Source: Felis catus (lineage: Eukaryota). Taken from it: 64,000 nt of DNA. Under the pieces are notes generated by a model that saw only the letters and a list, made by a program, of their open reading frames with translations, ran no database searches and was not told the DNA's origin. Where the stretch lies: contig NC_058368.1 of the NCBI RefSeq assembly GCF_018350175.1, positions 168,332,001 through 168,396,000 of the forward strand, written 5' to 3'. Each line of letters starts with the position of its first letter. Positions within the stretch are counted from its first letter, which is position 1. Of the stretch, positions 62,519-64,000 are shown piece after piece. The translations under genes and the position numbers were made by a program.

Positions 62519-64000
62519 AAGAGTTTTTGGCTATAAAACAGGCTAATTTAAATTTTCCACTATAAGCAGCTTCCTGGAAAGACACGGTGGGACCAGATAC
62601 CAGAAAAGATTTTTAATTCAGGGAGAGTGTTGGAGACTATGGCGAGGAATCAGGGCAGGTTCAGGGAGAGTGGGAAGTCCTGAAGCAAGGCTAAATTCTG
62701 GGATTTTGCTTTGTCCAGGAAGACCTGGTCAAACTCGGCTTTGGATCAAGGCCTAAGAACAGATCTACAAATAGTAACATCAGAAGGTGTGATGCCTAGT
62801 ATCATTTCAATTCTGACATGGCTAAAGCGCTCTAAAGAGACACAGTCTGAATAATAAAACTGGTAAAATCTTGAGGAAGACACAGAAGAGGTGGGAAGCT
62901 TACCTGAGTCATGAATTATTCATGCTTCGCTGGAGAACAATGAGGCAGAACTTGGCTTTTATTACTGCTTCTGATACAAAGTGATTAGTTTTAATTTAGA
63001 TGATTGCACATGCTTATGTAACACACTAAATTCTATTTGGTTATTAGCATTTTTGTTTTGACCATTCCAATTTGAGACGATTTACTTGAGGTTATGGAAT
63101 TGTTTCTTCCTAATGAATGCATTAGAATTGAATATTAAGATATATGGAAGACTTCTTCCCAGTCCTCACAGTTAATCAAATAAAGTAATTTTTTCTCTGA
63201 TGCAGAACCAGAGATGAATGACTCTTTGAACTAAAATTAGATTAAATTGACACAGTCATCTGAAGAGCAGAAATATACACACCCTTTGCTAATATTTATT
63301 ACAAGAGAACATTCTTGTTATTGCTGTTGATCATAGGAGCTCTGGCTATACCATACAGTGAAACTGAACCTAAGTCACAAGTCTCTAAAGTTGGCAAAGG
63401 TGGTTTGGCTGTTTCCCTACAGCTAAGAATATGAGCTATATAATGGTAAATAGAAACAATTTAATGTGAGTTGTTGACCATAATAATCATAATATGAATT
63501 TAGCCATAGATAATCTGTTCAATTTTTGCTGATTCCCAGTTGCCACAGGGCTTTTAAATCCAGATTTTTTTTTTTATTTTCTTGTTTGTTTTCTGCTTCT
63601 TTTCAAGTTGGGGAGAAGTAGGTATGGATCCTTTGTAAAGCTTATTTGAAAACTCGTGGTACTTTTATGTATGTTAAAGTAGACTCAGTTACTTATTGTT
63701 TTGCACTCCTAAAAATAAAGTTAATCAAAGCAGAGAAAATGGCCATTCTCCCTGTGATATCCTGAGTTCTATTGCTATCGGGAAAGTCAAAAGAATGGCT
63801 GCAATAATTTAGAAGACAACTGGATGAAATTATTTTTCAGTTAACTAAGACATATGAATAGAACTATAACATTCAAAATCCTGATTTTACTATTGAGGTG
63901 ATGATAACCTTTAATCATATGATCAAGACTTAATTAAATTCTCAGGCAATTAGAAAATAATAAGTTTAAATGCCTTTAAGCCTCTAGTGATCACAGACTG

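Overview
Mammalian, repeat-rich non-coding DNA. The dense tRNA-derived Can-SINEs of the felid type (SINEC_Fc-like) and the carnivore L1s point to a cat-family genome. I recognise no host protein-coding exon. The dominant feature is a ~7.6 kb near-full-length LINE-1 on the minus strand (~18927-26503) with an open ORF1 (293 aa) and a frameshifted ORF2. The window also holds about 32 Can-SINEs (many with clear TSDs), truncated L1s of two different 3'-UTR types, ERV1/ERVL/MaLR solo LTRs, hAT and Tigger relics, L2/MIR fragments and microsatellites. One small non-repeat CpG island at ~41.3-41.65 kb looks like a promoter, possibly of a spliced non-coding or long-5'UTR transcript. The most interesting observations are: (1) a TSD-bracketed L1 insertion apparently carrying a 3'-transduced tag; (2) an ORF0-like antisense ORF with strong Kozak and splice donor in the felid L1 5'UTR; (3) the orphan CpG island; (4) a dense TALE-homeodomain motif cluster. 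I found no convincing evidence of a wholly new biological system. Repeat family names come from recalled consensus similarity, not a search, and boundaries of old repeats are approximate.
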